Shown one piece after another: positions 49,336-59,005 of a stretch of 64,000 nucleotides of DNA (the first letter of the stretch is position 1; each line of letters starts with the position of its first letter). The notes below the pieces were generated by a model, which had not been told where the DNA came from, searched no databases, and worked only from the letters and a program-made list of their open reading frames with translations. This DNA comes from a virus (lineage: Duplodnaviria > Caudoviricetes), in the IMG/VR virus record IMGVR_UViG_3300010965_000005, positions 26,583-90,582 of that record; one strand, written 5' to 3'. The translations under genes were made by a program, and so were the position numbers.

Positions 49336-51891
49336 ATGCCACACGCCAGCCTTAAACTGATCCCAGGCGTTGATCAGAACAGAACGCCAGCCCTTAACGA
49401 GGCGGCTATTTCCAACAGCAATCTGATCAGGTTTGTTCCAGATCGGCAGGGCCTTGGTCTGGCTCAAAAGCTGGGCGGGTGGACGAAGTTTGCCTCAACT
49501 CAGACGGCCATAATCCGCGCCCTTCACTCTTGGGCGGACACCAATGGCACGTCCTATCTTGCAATTGGCACCGAGCAGGCCCTCCTGTACGCCGAGGGAA
49601 ACACCGATTCCGTTGATATTTCTCCAGACTATTACACGTACAACTTGGCCGTTTCCGCCCTCACCAACAACAACTCCGCCACGGTCCTGATCAACGACAC
49701 AAACTCAAACGTGTCGTCTTTTGATGGCGTAAATATCCTGACACCAATCAGTGTTGGCGGCATTGTCCTGTTTGGGTATTACCCGCCAATCGCTGTGACC
49801 GATGACAGCTATCAGGTTGTCGCGCGAAACATCATTGGTCTTCAGACGCCAGCAACCAACGTCTTTTCCGTTACAGCAATCACGGTATCTGGGACGACCC
49901 CAAATTTTATTGCTACGGCCACATGCTCAACATCCAACCTAGTGGTGACAGTAGGGTCTACGGTCACGTTTTCTGGCGTCACCCCAGCGGGGTATAATGC
50001 CACATGGACGGTTTTGACGTCCTCTGCGGGGACGTTTACATTCTCAACTGGCGCGACCAACCTTGGCCCCCTGACGGTGGCTGGAACTTTTGTATCAACG
50101 TCGGCCACTGGTGGCGTCGTCCCATCCTTCACCACGGGGAGCGACCAGAGCAATGTTACTGTGACCTTTCCAAATCACGGCTACTCCGCAGGCTCTACAT
50201 TCCCTATCCTTGTGCCAACGACGGTGGGCGGAATTACGCTATATGGCAACTATTTGGTCCTAGAAAGTCCAGCCCCGACCACAAACACCTTTGTAATTTC
50301 GTCCACATACTCCGCGTCTTCAGCCGCCACAGTGTCAATGAATGGCGGAAAGGCGCGGATTGAATATTACATTGGAAAGCAGAACACCCCAAGCCCCACG
50401 GGCTTCGGGGACGGGACTTACGGCTTTGGCGGTTTTGGTACTGGCGTAACATCAAGCGGGGGTCGTCAATTTTCCATTGCGTCAATCTCCACCGTCGGGC
50501 TTGTGGCGACAGTTACGATCAACCAAGAGATATTCATCGCCCCGACCTCTCAGTTCACAATCAGTGGCACGACAAATTACAACGGGACGTTCACCTCAAC
50601 GGCGGCGACCGCTGGAGCGACAAGCACGTTTTCATTCCCCGTCCAATCATCTGCGGCGACAGAAACGTCCGGCACCGTTACGATGGTAAGTTGGGGATTC
50701 CCACCCGGTGTCTACGACACCGCTGGTAACAACATTGCGCCATTTGAGGTAAACGATTGGTCGCTTGACAACTGGGGCGGATACCTAATCGCAAACCCCG
50801 CAAAGGCGGGCATATTCTATTATGACCCACTCGGCGGCTCAAGACATGCCAATGTCATCCCATACGCCCCCAGCGTCAATGAGGGCTGCTTCGTTGCCAT
50901 GCCTGAGCGTCAGATCATCGCCTACGGCTCCACGTTCAATGGCATCCAAGACCCCCTTCTGGTGCGCTGGACTGACATTGGCAATCTTACCAGTTGGGTG
51001 GCCACTGTCAGCAATCAGGCCGGATCATTCCGTATCCCGAAGGGGTCAAGGATTGTTGGCGCGATGCAGGGTCCGCAGCAGGGCCTGATTTGGACTGACA
51101 CCAACCTGTGGTCAATGCAATATATCAACCTGCCTCTGGTCTACTCGTTCAACGAAATTGGATCGGGCTGCGGCCTTGTCGGTCGGAAGGCGATGGGAAC
51201 GATGGGCGGCGTCGTCTACTGGATGTCGCAGAGCCAGTTCTACATGCTGGCGGGCGGCGGTGTCCAGCCACTGCCATGCCCCGTGTGGGACGTGATCTTT
51301 CAAGACATTGACACAGATTACTGGGGCAACGTGCGCTGCGCGCCAAACAGCCGCTTCGGTGAAATTTCGTGGTATTACCCAACCACAGGGTCAAATGGCG
51401 TCCCCACCAAATACGTAAAATACAACACGCTGTTGCAGCAGTGGGACTTCGGGACGCTGACGCGCACCGCGTGGATTGATCAGGGCGTCTTCGGGCCACC
51501 AATCGGCGCGTCGTCTGATCTGAATATCTATCAGCACGAGACATCAACCGACGCCAACGGCTTTTCGATGGACGCCTACGTTCAGACTGGTTACTTCGCG
51601 CTTGACGAGGGGGACTCAAAGTCCTTCATTGATCAGGTCTGGCCAGACATGAAGTGGGGCTATTACGGCGGAGCAAACAATGCCACGGTGCAGATCACGT
51701 TCTACGCGGTTGATTACCCAGGCCAAGAAGCCATCGTCTACGGCCCATACAACATCAGTCAGCAGACCGAGTATATCTCGCCGCGTATCAGGGCAAGGTT
51801 AATCTCAATCAGGGTCACGGGCGATCAGATCGGCACGTTCTGGCGGATGGGGAATATCCGATACCGCCTCCAACCAGATGGAAAATACTGA
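49336..51891 (+). CDS. Tail hub / nozzle protein (P22 gp10 or T7 gp12-like)
   Basis: 851 aa; DWSLDNWGGYLIA, LLVRWTD, NEIGSGCGL, VYWMSQSQF, WDFGTLTRTAWID, RMGNIRY beta-propeller motifs. Confidence 0.75.
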   Translation: MPHASLKLIPGVDQNRTPALNEAAISNSNLIRFVPDRQGLGLAQKLGGWTKFASTQTAIIRALHSWADTNGTSYLAIGTEQALLYAEGNTDSVDISPDYYTYNLAVSALTNNNSATVLINDTNSNVSSFDGVNILTPISVGGIVLFGYYPPIAVTDDSYQVVARNIIGLQTPATNVFSVTAITVSGTTPNFIATATCSTSNLVVTVGSTVTFSGVTPAGYNATWTVLTSSAGTFTFSTGATNLGPLTVAGTFVSTSATGGVVPSFTTGSDQSNVTVTFPNHGYSAGSTFPILVPTTVGGITLYGNYLVLESPAPTTNTFVISSTYSASSAATVSMNGGKARIEYYIGKQNTPSPTGFGDGTYGFGGFGTGVTSSGGRQFSIASISTVGLVATVTINQEIFIAPTSQFTISGTTNYNGTFTSTAATAGATSTFSFPVQSSAATETSGTVTMVSWGFPPGVYDTAGNNIAPFEVNDWSLDNWGGYLIANPAKAGIFYYDPLGGSRHANVIPYAPSVNEGCFVAMPERQIIAYGSTFNGIQDPLLVRWTDIGNLTSWVATVSNQAGSFRIPKGSRIVGAMQGPQQGLIWTDTNLWSMQYINLPLVYSFNEIGSGCGLVGRKAMGTMGGVVYWMSQSQFYMLAGGGVQPLPCPVWDVIFQDIDTDYWGNVRCAPNSRFGEISWYYPTTGSNGVPTKYVKYNTLLQQWDFGTLTRTAWIDQGVFGPPIGASSDLNIYQHETSTDANGFSMDAYVQTGYFALDEGDSKSFIDQVWPDMKWGYYGGANNATVQITFYAVDYPGQEAIVYGPYNISQQTEYISPRIRARLISIRVTGDQIGTFWRMGNIRYRLQPDGKY

Positions 51892-52241
51892 TGGCATCTT
51901 TATCAGACATCCTTACCGCCGCAAAGAACGTGGTGACCTCGGTAAACCAGCTTGGACTTACCTACCTGAGAGTTCAAGGAACGGCTCGGTCTGTCACAAT
52001 GACATCATCCACCCTCGTGGCGAGCGGTCAGGGGCGTATCGCATCTGTCAGTGTCGTCATTGCGGGAAGCACCGCCTGCGTGATCTACGACAGCAACAGC
52101 ACCGCAAGCGCCACCAACGCCTTGGCTGCCGTAACAAACGCCATTGGCGTGACCGTTATCAACATGCCATACAACAATGGCCTCGTCGTCGTTCCAGGCA
52201 CTGGCATGACTGTCGTCGTCACATATTCTGAGGGAGCGTAA
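51891..52241 (+). CDS. Small virion protein
   Basis: TGATG overlap. Confidence 0.6.
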   Translation: MASLSDILTAAKNVVTSVNQLGLTYLRVQGTARSVTMTSSTLVASGQGRIASVSVVIAGSTACVIYDSNSTASATNALAAVTNAIGVTVINMPYNNGLVVVPGTGMTVVVTYSEGA

Positions 52242-52242
52242 T

Positions 52243-52818
52243 ATGCCGCTGAAACATGGATCGTCGCAGGATACTGTCTCCAGCAACATTTCCGAAATGG
52301 TCAACGCGGGCCACCCGCAAGATCAGGCCATCGCGGCGGCGTTGAATACGGCCCGCCAAGGCCGTGCGCGCGGGGGGCGGACGAGAGTCCACAAGGGGGC
52401 GATCCACTCCTCTGTGGCTGGCCGCACCGATCACCTGCCCATGCACGTCGCCTCCGGCTCCTACGTTATTCCCGCCGACATCATTTCAGCGATGGGCGAG
52501 GGGAACAGCATGGCGGGCTTCAAGGTGGCCAAGAACATCTTCTCGCACAAGGGGCCATACGGCCAGAGCGGTATGCCATACGGCGCGCAGGGCCTGCCCT
52601 ACGGGGTTCCCGCGCCCCGCAGGGCTGACGGCGGTGAGGTTGAGTCTGTGCCTATCGTTGCGGCTGGCGGAGAATATGTGATACCACCCGAAGACGTCGC
52701 GGAGATTGGCAAAGGTGACGTTGATCATGGCCACAAGATTCTCGATGCCTTCGTAAAGAAAATGCGCCAGAAGACGATCAAGACCCTTCAGAGCCTTCCT
52801 GGCCCCAAAAAGGATTAA
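52243..52818 (+). CDS. Internal virion protein with two GG-preceded YVIP modules
   Basis: [18 protein letters not shown]...RARGG...GSYVIPAD...RRADGG...GEYVIPPE. Confidence 0.68.
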   Translation: MPLKHGSSQDTVSSNISEMVNAGHPQDQAIAAALNTARQGRARGGRTRVHKGAIHSSVAGRTDHLPMHVASGSYVIPADIISAMGEGNSMAGFKVAKNIFSHKGPYGQSGMPYGAQGLPYGVPAPRRADGGEVESVPIVAAGGEYVIPPEDVAEIGKGDVDHGHKILDAFVKKMRQKTIKTLQSLPGPKKD

Positions 52819-52821
52819 ATT

Positions 52822-53319
52822 ATGGATGAAATTACAGTTCGCCTCGGTGTCGCCGCAGACTTTGAAGAAATGATGCGGCTGGCTGTAGCCGCCACAGAGG
52901 AAAATGCCTTCGTCGTCCCAGATCTGGCGATGCTGGCAAACCAAGTGTGGGCCTCCCTAACCATGCAACGTGGCGCTGTTGGTGTCATAGGAAACAAAGT
53001 CGGTGGGCCGCTTGAGGGCGCGATCCTGCTGAACATCGGCCCCGTCTGGTATAGCGCAGAGCCAGTCCTTGAGGAAAAGGCAATCTACGTTGACCCAGAA
53101 TTCCGTGCCGCAAAGGGTGGTCGGGCGCGCAAACTGGCGGAGTTTGCTAAGGTTATGGCGGAAAACCTTGAATTGCCACTCGCAATTGGTGTATTATCCA
53201 ATGAACGGACCAAGGCAAAAATTCGCCTATACGAAAGAACATTCGGACCTCCCGCTGGAGTATACTTCCTTTACAACGCCAAGACTGGCATTCCGCCAGA
53301 AATCGAAGGGGAAACCTAA
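52822..53319 (+). CDS. GNAT-like protein upstream of ejection proteins
   Basis: EEKAIYVDPEFRAAKGGRARKLAEF; position equivalent to acetyltransferase-fold genes in podovirus ejection modules. Confidence 0.6.
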   Translation: MDEITVRLGVAADFEEMMRLAVAATEENAFVVPDLAMLANQVWASLTMQRGAVGVIGNKVGGPLEGAILLNIGPVWYSAEPVLEEKAIYVDPEFRAAKGGRARKLAEFAKVMAENLELPLAIGVLSNERTKAKIRLYERTFGPPAGVYFLYNAKTGIPPEIEGET

Positions 53320-56300
53320 TGGGCGGCAAGACAACGACTAGCACGAATACCGTAACCATCCCCAAGGAGGTTATGGATCGGTATAATGCGATCAACACCA
53401 AGGCCGAGGGTATCTCCAACAACCCGTTCCAGAAATACGGAACTGACGCCTCCGACTTTGTCGCTCAGATGAACGAGCAACAGCAGAAGGGTATCTCCGG
53501 CCTGAACGCCATTGCATCGTCTGGCCCAAGCTACAACACCGTTCAAAATTATCTAAATCCGTATCTGACAAATGTGGCCGACACCACGCGGAAGCAGATG
53601 GAGCAGGCCAACGAGCAGGCACAATCTGGCGCTCTCGGCACCGCCGCACAGTCTGGCGCTTTCGGCGGTGACCGCGCTGGCGTGGCTGCGGCAAACCTCG
53701 CCAACCAGCAGAATATGGCGATGGGTTCCACTATGGCGAACATCTACAGCCAAGGATTCGATCAGGCCACCAACGCAAACATGAATGACCTGAATCGCAT
53801 GGCGGGCCTCGCGGGCAATCAGCTTGCGATGGGGACGCAGATGCAGCAGACCGAGCAGGCTGGCAAGGACGCGCTTATTAACCAGTTCCAGCAGGAGCAG
53901 GGCTACCCGTTCCAAGTGGCAAGCTGGCTGGCAAACATCGCCTTGGGGACTGGCGCTCAGTCTGGATCGACCACGACCGCAGTTCAACCCGCGTCCTTCT
54001 GGTCGGATCGCCGCCTGAAGCACGACATCAAGGAAATCGGCACGTCCCACGACGGGATGCCTATTTACACCTTCAAATACAAGGGTGACCCCCAAGCGCA
54101 GACCCATGTCGGTTTCATGGCCGACGAGGTTGAGAAGAAGCATCCAGAGGCTGTCGGCCTCGACCCCAGCGGCTACAAGACCGTCAACTACGACAAGGCT
54201 ACCGAGAGCATGGGCGGCGGCGTCCATCCCCACCACCGTGGCGAGGCGTTTGCGTCGGGTGGCGTTGCGGGGCCGTATGGCTCCCCCGTAGGTTCGCAGC
54301 CAGGCTCTGCGGGATATGTGCCAGAGGGTTATCTGCCTGTTGGCGACGTGATGGTTGCCGATCCAAATTTCTTGAGCCAGCAGCAGCAGGGCTTGGCGGA
54401 TATGTTGTCTGCCGCCGCAGGCGCAGGCAAAGACCTGAGCCAATTGAGCGACACCTTTGGCAAGAATGGCAAGTTCTACAAAATCTTTGACAGTAAAAAA
54501 GCCTACGGTGGCGGCGTCGATGGTGGTCTTATCCCCGCCCCAATCGTGGCTCAGGGCGTAGCGCCACAGCAGCACCGTGGATACCTTGACTCCATCATCG
54601 CCAATCAAGAGGCCAGCAAAAAGCAACCGACCCCACCCCAGTCCGCAGGTGGAAACGGTCAGCAGCAATCTGGCCTGAGCGATGTCGCCAGTACGCTGGG
54701 GTCAATTGCTACAATTGCATCCCTGTTCTCCGACCGCCGACTGAAGCATGACATCAAGGAAATCGGGAAGACCCACAACGGGCTGCCGATCTACACGTTC
54801 AAATACAAGGGTGACGACGCCCAGCAGACCCACGTCGGCTTCATGGCGGACGAGGTCGAGCGCAAGCACCCAGAGGCCGTGGGCCAATCCCAAGGATACA
54901 AGACCGTAGATTACAGCCAAGCCCACAAGTTCGCCAGTGGCGGCGTGGCGGGGGGGCGTCACGGGTATCAGACGGATGGCGCTGTTGACCCAGGCACGGA
55001 AACGCCAGTCTCTCCCTTCGCACCCAAAGAGTCAATTCGCCCAGTCGTCCGACCTGAGCCAAATCAAACACCAGTCGCCACGGGTGTCTCCCCGCTGGCC
55101 CCCACTACGTCCATTCGCCCTGCGGTAAGACCTCAAGGTCTGGCTGCGGCAGAAGTCCCCGTGGCGCAGACGCCAGTCGCCACGGACGTTTCCCCGCTGG
55201 CTCCCACCACGTCAATTCGCCCTGTGGTACGGCCAGAGGGACTTGGCGTTGCAACGGTGGAGCCTGCATCTGGTGACGATGCCGCTCGTGAGTTTTTTAA
55301 CACGAAAATGCTAAATCAAGAGAGCGGAAATCGGCAATTTGACCCAAAGACTGGCGAGACAATCATGTCGCCCAAGGGGGCCGCTGGCATCGCTCAAGTC
55401 ACCAAGCCGACTGGCCCAGAGGCAGCCGCTCTTGCAGGAAAAGAATGGGATGAAAACCGCTGGCTGAATGATACAGAATATAACAAGGCCATCGGTGAGG
55501 CTTACTTTCTTCATCAATACCACAAGTTTGGCTCCCTTGATAAGGCTGCCGCTGCCTACAATGCTGGGCCAGGAAGGCTTCGCAGGGCGATGGAGAACGC
55601 AGCCATTCACGGCGGCTCCTACATGGACTATCTGCCAGACGAGACAAAAAATTACATCAAAGCCACAACTGGATTGGGTGGGGATGTCGTTGGCGGCTTA
55701 GATGGCGGCAGCAGGCTGTCACTCTCAACTATGGACGGCGATCAACAGCCAGCGGGCGGCGTGAAGCCATACGAGGACCGCAACTGGCTGGGCAAGGTCA
55801 TGCACAACCCAGAAGACGGCTCGATGAACAAGGACGCCATGCTGTCGCTGTTTGCGGGCATCGGGGATATGCTGTCGAACCCATCGCCATTCCTGCTGCC
55901 CACCATCGGCGCGGGTATGTCTGGCGCAGCCAACACCTACATGGCGCGCCAAGGGCAGTTGGCAAAAATCAATGAGACGAACATTGGTAACTTGGACAAA
56001 CTATCCGATCTTTACAACAAGTTCATGTTCACAAATCCAGAATATGCTGGGATGACCTTGGAGGAGTTTGCTCAGAAAAATGGCTTGGGCTATATGCTTC
56101 CAAGCGGTGGAGTGTACGAAAGTCCAAGAGGGGCCGAAGGCAAACCCATTACCCTGCAAGACACTCGCGGATATGTTGATTCGGGTGATGGGATCAAAAT
56201 TCCATTTATGAACGATTATGCGTCTCTGACGCGCGTTTCAAATGAATGGAAAAATGCCCCAGAAGGCTCCCCACAACGCAGGGCTGCCGAGCAGGCGGAC

Positions 56301-57065
56301 GTCAAAATCAAAGAGATTGAGGCAAGCGGATACACCACTGGGATTGATGAAAAGACAGGCCAGACGGTCAATGTCCCAGTGGCATCCGCTCGCGCAAGGC
56401 TTGGCGCGGCCCTGACTGACCAGCAAAACGTGCAAAATACTCAAGATTTCCGAACTAAGGCCGCTCAGGAAATTCCGACCATTGGTCCGCAAATGGCTGC
56501 CGTTGATCGTCAGGCCAATATATACTCAACACTGGAGGCTGGCGCTCTCGCGGAGCCTACCGCGCAGATCAGCGCATTGGCCAGAGCATTGGGTATCAAC
56601 TATGGCGATGCCACCAGCGCCGAACAGGCAGCATTGGTTCAGGAGGCCCTCAAAGAAAAAGCCCGTGGCGTGATCTCTCGCGGGGGAAGCGGTGAATCCA
56701 CAGACTTTGCAAAGAGTTTTATTGATACGTCTTCCGCAGGCCCAAGCCTTCAGCCAGATGCAATCAAGAAACTTCTTGTGATTGAAAAGTCATCACTTAT
56801 GAGGCAGCTTGATCACGACAGCCTTCATCAGGAATGGCAGGCTCAGGCTGAGAACCCTTACGACGTGAACGAATATGAAAAGTGGTTTGCTGAAAATCAT
56901 CCACTTGATTCTTACACCAAGGGGGTTGAAGAAAAAATGCCAGTTTTTGCGGGTGAGACAGGTTCGGAGCAGAAACCTTATCCAAAGGGAACTCCGCCTT
57001 CTGAAATTGGAGTCAACAGATACTTCACTCTGCCAGATGGCAGCATTGGGCAAAGGCAGGAATAA
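53319..57065 (+). CDS. DNA ejection / internal virion protein with two S74 chaperone-autocleavage domains and an SLT lytic transglycosylase
   Basis: MGGKTTTST N-terminus; two (W/F)SDRRLKHDIKEIG...FKYKGD...VGFMADEV domains; QESG...GAAGIAQV...AAAYNAGPG...ETKNYI (SLT). Confidence 0.82.
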   Translation: MGGKTTTSTNTVTIPKEVMDRYNAINTKAEGISNNPFQKYGTDASDFVAQMNEQQQKGISGLNAIASSGPSYNTVQNYLNPYLTNVADTTRKQMEQANEQAQSGALGTAAQSGAFGGDRAGVAAANLANQQNMAMGSTMANIYSQGFDQATNANMNDLNRMAGLAGNQLAMGTQMQQTEQAGKDALINQFQQEQGYPFQVASWLANIALGTGAQSGSTTTAVQPASFWSDRRLKHDIKEIGTSHDGMPIYTFKYKGDPQAQTHVGFMADEVEKKHPEAVGLDPSGYKTVNYDKATESMGGGVHPHHRGEAFASGGVAGPYGSPVGSQPGSAGYVPEGYLPVGDVMVADPNFLSQQQQGLADMLSAAAGAGKDLSQLSDTFGKNGKFYKIFDSKKAYGGGVDGGLIPAPIVAQGVAPQQHRGYLDSIIANQEASKKQPTPPQSAGGNGQQQSGLSDVASTLGSIATIASLFSDRRLKHDIKEIGKTHNGLPIYTFKYKGDDAQQTHVGFMADEVERKHPEAVGQSQGYKTVDYSQAHKFASGGVAGGRHGYQTDGAVDPGTETPVSPFAPKESIRPVVRPEPNQTPVATGVSPLAPTTSIRPAVRPQGLAAAEVPVAQTPVATDVSPLAPTTSIRPVVRPEGLGVATVEPASGDDAAREFFNTKMLNQESGNRQFDPKTGETIMSPKGAAGIAQVTKPTGPEAAALAGKEWDENRWLNDTEYNKAIGEAYFLHQYHKFGSLDKAAAAYNAGPGRLRRAMENAAIHGGSYMDYLPDETKNYIKATTGLGGDVVGGLDGGSRLSLSTMDGDQQPAGGVKPYEDRNWLGKVMHNPEDGSMNKDAMLSLFAGIGDMLSNPSPFLLPTIGAGMSGAANTYMARQGQLAKINETNIGNLDKLSDLYNKFMFTNPEYAGMTLEEFAQKNGLGYMLPSGGVYESPRGAEGKPITLQDTRGYVDSGDGIKIPFMNDYASLTRVSNEWKNAPEGSPQRRAAEQADVKIKEIEASGYTTGIDEKTGQTVNVPVASARARLGAALTDQQNVQNTQDFRTKAAQEIPTIGPQMAAVDRQANIYSTLEAGALAEPTAQISALARALGINYGDATSAEQAALVQEALKEKARGVISRGGSGESTDFAKSFIDTSSAGPSLQPDAIKKLLVIEKSSLMRQLDHDSLHQEWQAQAENPYDVNEYEKWFAENHPLDSYTKGVEEKMPVFAGETGSEQKPYPKGTPPSEIGVNRYFTLPDGSIGQRQE
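53997..54925 (+). repeat. Duplicated S74 domain coding sequence (about 53997-54195 and 54726-54925)
   Basis: Near-identical DNA, e.g. ctgaagcacgacatcaaggaaatcgg vs ctgaagcatgacatcaaggaaatcgg. Confidence 0.9.
55002..55245 (+). repeat. Three TPV..SP(F/L)AP..SIRP.VRP repeats
   Basis: Protein- and DNA-level tandem repeats. Confidence 0.85.
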
Positions 57066-59005
57066 TGGCTGATCTCGATCAGGATGGTGAAATCCCATTC
57101 AAATACAGGGTTGTAACCCCAGACTCAAATCAGGCGGAAGTCCCCCAAGACGCTGCGCCTGATTTCAAATATCAAGTCGCAAAGCCAGCGCCCCCACCGC
57201 CACGCCCGTGGTGGGACAGTGCGGATGTTGCAAAGAGCGGAGGCACTGGTTTGGTGCGTGGGATTGTTGGTGCAATTGACTCGGCGCTCACTGGCGGCAG
57301 GCCATCCCCTCAAGATTATCCAGCTTGGGATTCCAGCAAAACCAAAGAGGAAAATTTTGCCGCCATGCGGCCAGCACTTGAGGCAAGTGCGAAACCTCTA
57401 TCGCCAGTTACTGACCTCTATCAGGAGGCGATGCCTGGGGTTATGAATTACAAGCCCACATCAACCGCTGGCGGATACGTCCAAACTGGGGCTGAATTTT
57501 TCCCTGGGATGGCGCTCCCCGCTGGCAAGGGAAAACTGCTCGGCCCCGCACTCACAAGGCTTGCAAGAAACGTTGTTGCGCCAGCTATCACAAGTGAAAC
57601 GGCTGGCCTCGCGGCACAGAAACTTTTCCCCGATAATGAAAGCGCCGAGGCGTATGCGCGCCTTTTTGGGGCATTCGCTGGCGGACCCCTTGGATCGGGA
57701 TTGGAGACTGGAATTCGCGCCGCGACATCACCGTCAAAGATTGACCCTATGATTTCCGTCTTGAATCGAAGTGGCGTCAAAACTACTGCGGGAAATGTCA
57801 CACGGGATCAGCAGCTTTTGTCCAGAGAGGCTCAGGCTCCAAGGACCGCACAAATCTTAAAAGACCAGCCGATCCAGTTCCGCAATGCAGTTTTGAAAAA
57901 TGCTGGCGTTGCAATTCCAAGTGAGGCGCAGACCGTAAACGAAGTCCTTGAACAGGCGCGCAGGCAGAGTGGCAGCACATATTCCCGCGTGACGCAGGGA
58001 CTGAACATTGTGCCGTCCCGATTGAATTCCGCCAAGATGAAGAACATAGCTTCAACGTACTCCACAGACGTCGAGGCTGGCCTACAATCTGGGACAATTT
58101 CCCATATTCAAAAGGCCGTTGAAGATTCATATTTGACTGGGAAGCCAATACCAGCGAAGCAGCTTGGCCTCTGGCGTAGCGCCGTCAGCGCCGCGACTCG
58201 CTCACCATCTGCGGTTGCGCGTCAGTCAGCAATTGAAACTCTAAAAGTACTTGACGATGTGGTGGGAAGGTCGCTTGCCAAAGCTGGTCGCGCTGATGAC
58301 ATAAAACTTCTTGGAAAGGCCCGCTCTCAGTATCGTGATGTCCTTGCCATAGAGGGGGCGCTCCTGAAGGCTGGAAAGATGGGCGATGAAGGTATGTTCA
58401 TGCCAAAGCATTTGGTTGGTTCTTTGACGAATCAGGGAAAAACAGCCTTTATGCGTGGCCGTCGAGGTGAAATGGCGGACCTTGCCCGTGCTGGCCGTGC
58501 GCGCCTCACTCCACTTGAGGAGATACCCCAGCCAAGTGTAAGCACGACGGGGAGAATTATTGGAAATGCGGTTGATGCTGGTGCTGCCCTTCTGGGGTAT
58601 CAGTTGGGAAACAAGATATTTCCACAGAACCCTTGGCTTGCTGGGGGCGTGGGTACAGCCACGGGCGCGGCATCTAGGTCTGCCCGTAATGTCGCTGGAT
58701 CAGCATATAGAAATATCCTTGCCTCTGAGCCACTTCAGGGCGCTATCAAACGTCTTTCCCAAGTTCCAGCAAGCGGGGCAAGCCCTATTACGGGCGGCGT
58801 AGTTGGAGCGGCGGTCACCCCCATAGACCAACGCATGGGCCGCAAATCTGGCGGCAGGGTGGGCGGACACGAGGCCGAGGCAGACCAGTTGGTTTTGGCC
58901 GCAGAGCGTGCTAAGAGGGGCCTGAGCGCCCACACAGAGGGGCTGCTTAACACGCCAGACGACACCGTGGCCAACGCTCTGGAAATTGCGAATAGGAGCA
59001 TCTGA
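57065..59005 (+). CDS. Internal virion / ejection protein
   Basis: 646 aa, Ala/Gly-rich; follows the ejection gene; C-terminal RKSGGRV motif. Confidence 0.68.
   Translation: MADLDQDGEIPFKYRVVTPDSNQAEVPQDAAPDFKYQVAKPAPPPPRPWWDSADVAKSGGTGLVRGIVGAIDSALTGGRPSPQDYPAWDSSKTKEENFAAMRPALEASAKPLSPVTDLYQEAMPGVMNYKPTSTAGGYVQTGAEFFPGMALPAGKGKLLGPALTRLARNVVAPAITSETAGLAAQKLFPDNESAEAYARLFGAFAGGPLGSGLETGIRAATSPSKIDPMISVLNRSGVKTTAGNVTRDQQLLSREAQAPRTAQILKDQPIQFRNAVLKNAGVAIPSEAQTVNEVLEQARRQSGSTYSRVTQGLNIVPSRLNSAKMKNIASTYSTDVEAGLQSGTISHIQKAVEDSYLTGKPIPAKQLGLWRSAVSAATRSPSAVARQSAIETLKVLDDVVGRSLAKAGRADDIKLLGKARSQYRDVLAIEGALLKAGKMGDEGMFMPKHLVGSLTNQGKTAFMRGRRGEMADLARAGRARLTPLEEIPQPSVSTTGRIIGNAVDAGAALLGYQLGNKIFPQNPWLAGGVGTATGAASRSARNVAGSAYRNILASEPLQGAIKRLSQVPASGASPITGGVVGAAVTPIDQRMGRKSGGRVGGHEAEADQLVLAAERAKRGLSAHTEGLLNTPDDTVANALEIANRSI

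Noticed and set aside
53553-54668. Long antisense ORFs (371 aa here; also 42843..43595, 34512..35294, 29521..30282)
   Set aside because: Shadow frames of GC-rich sense genes, with no SD or recognisable domain and atypical composition.
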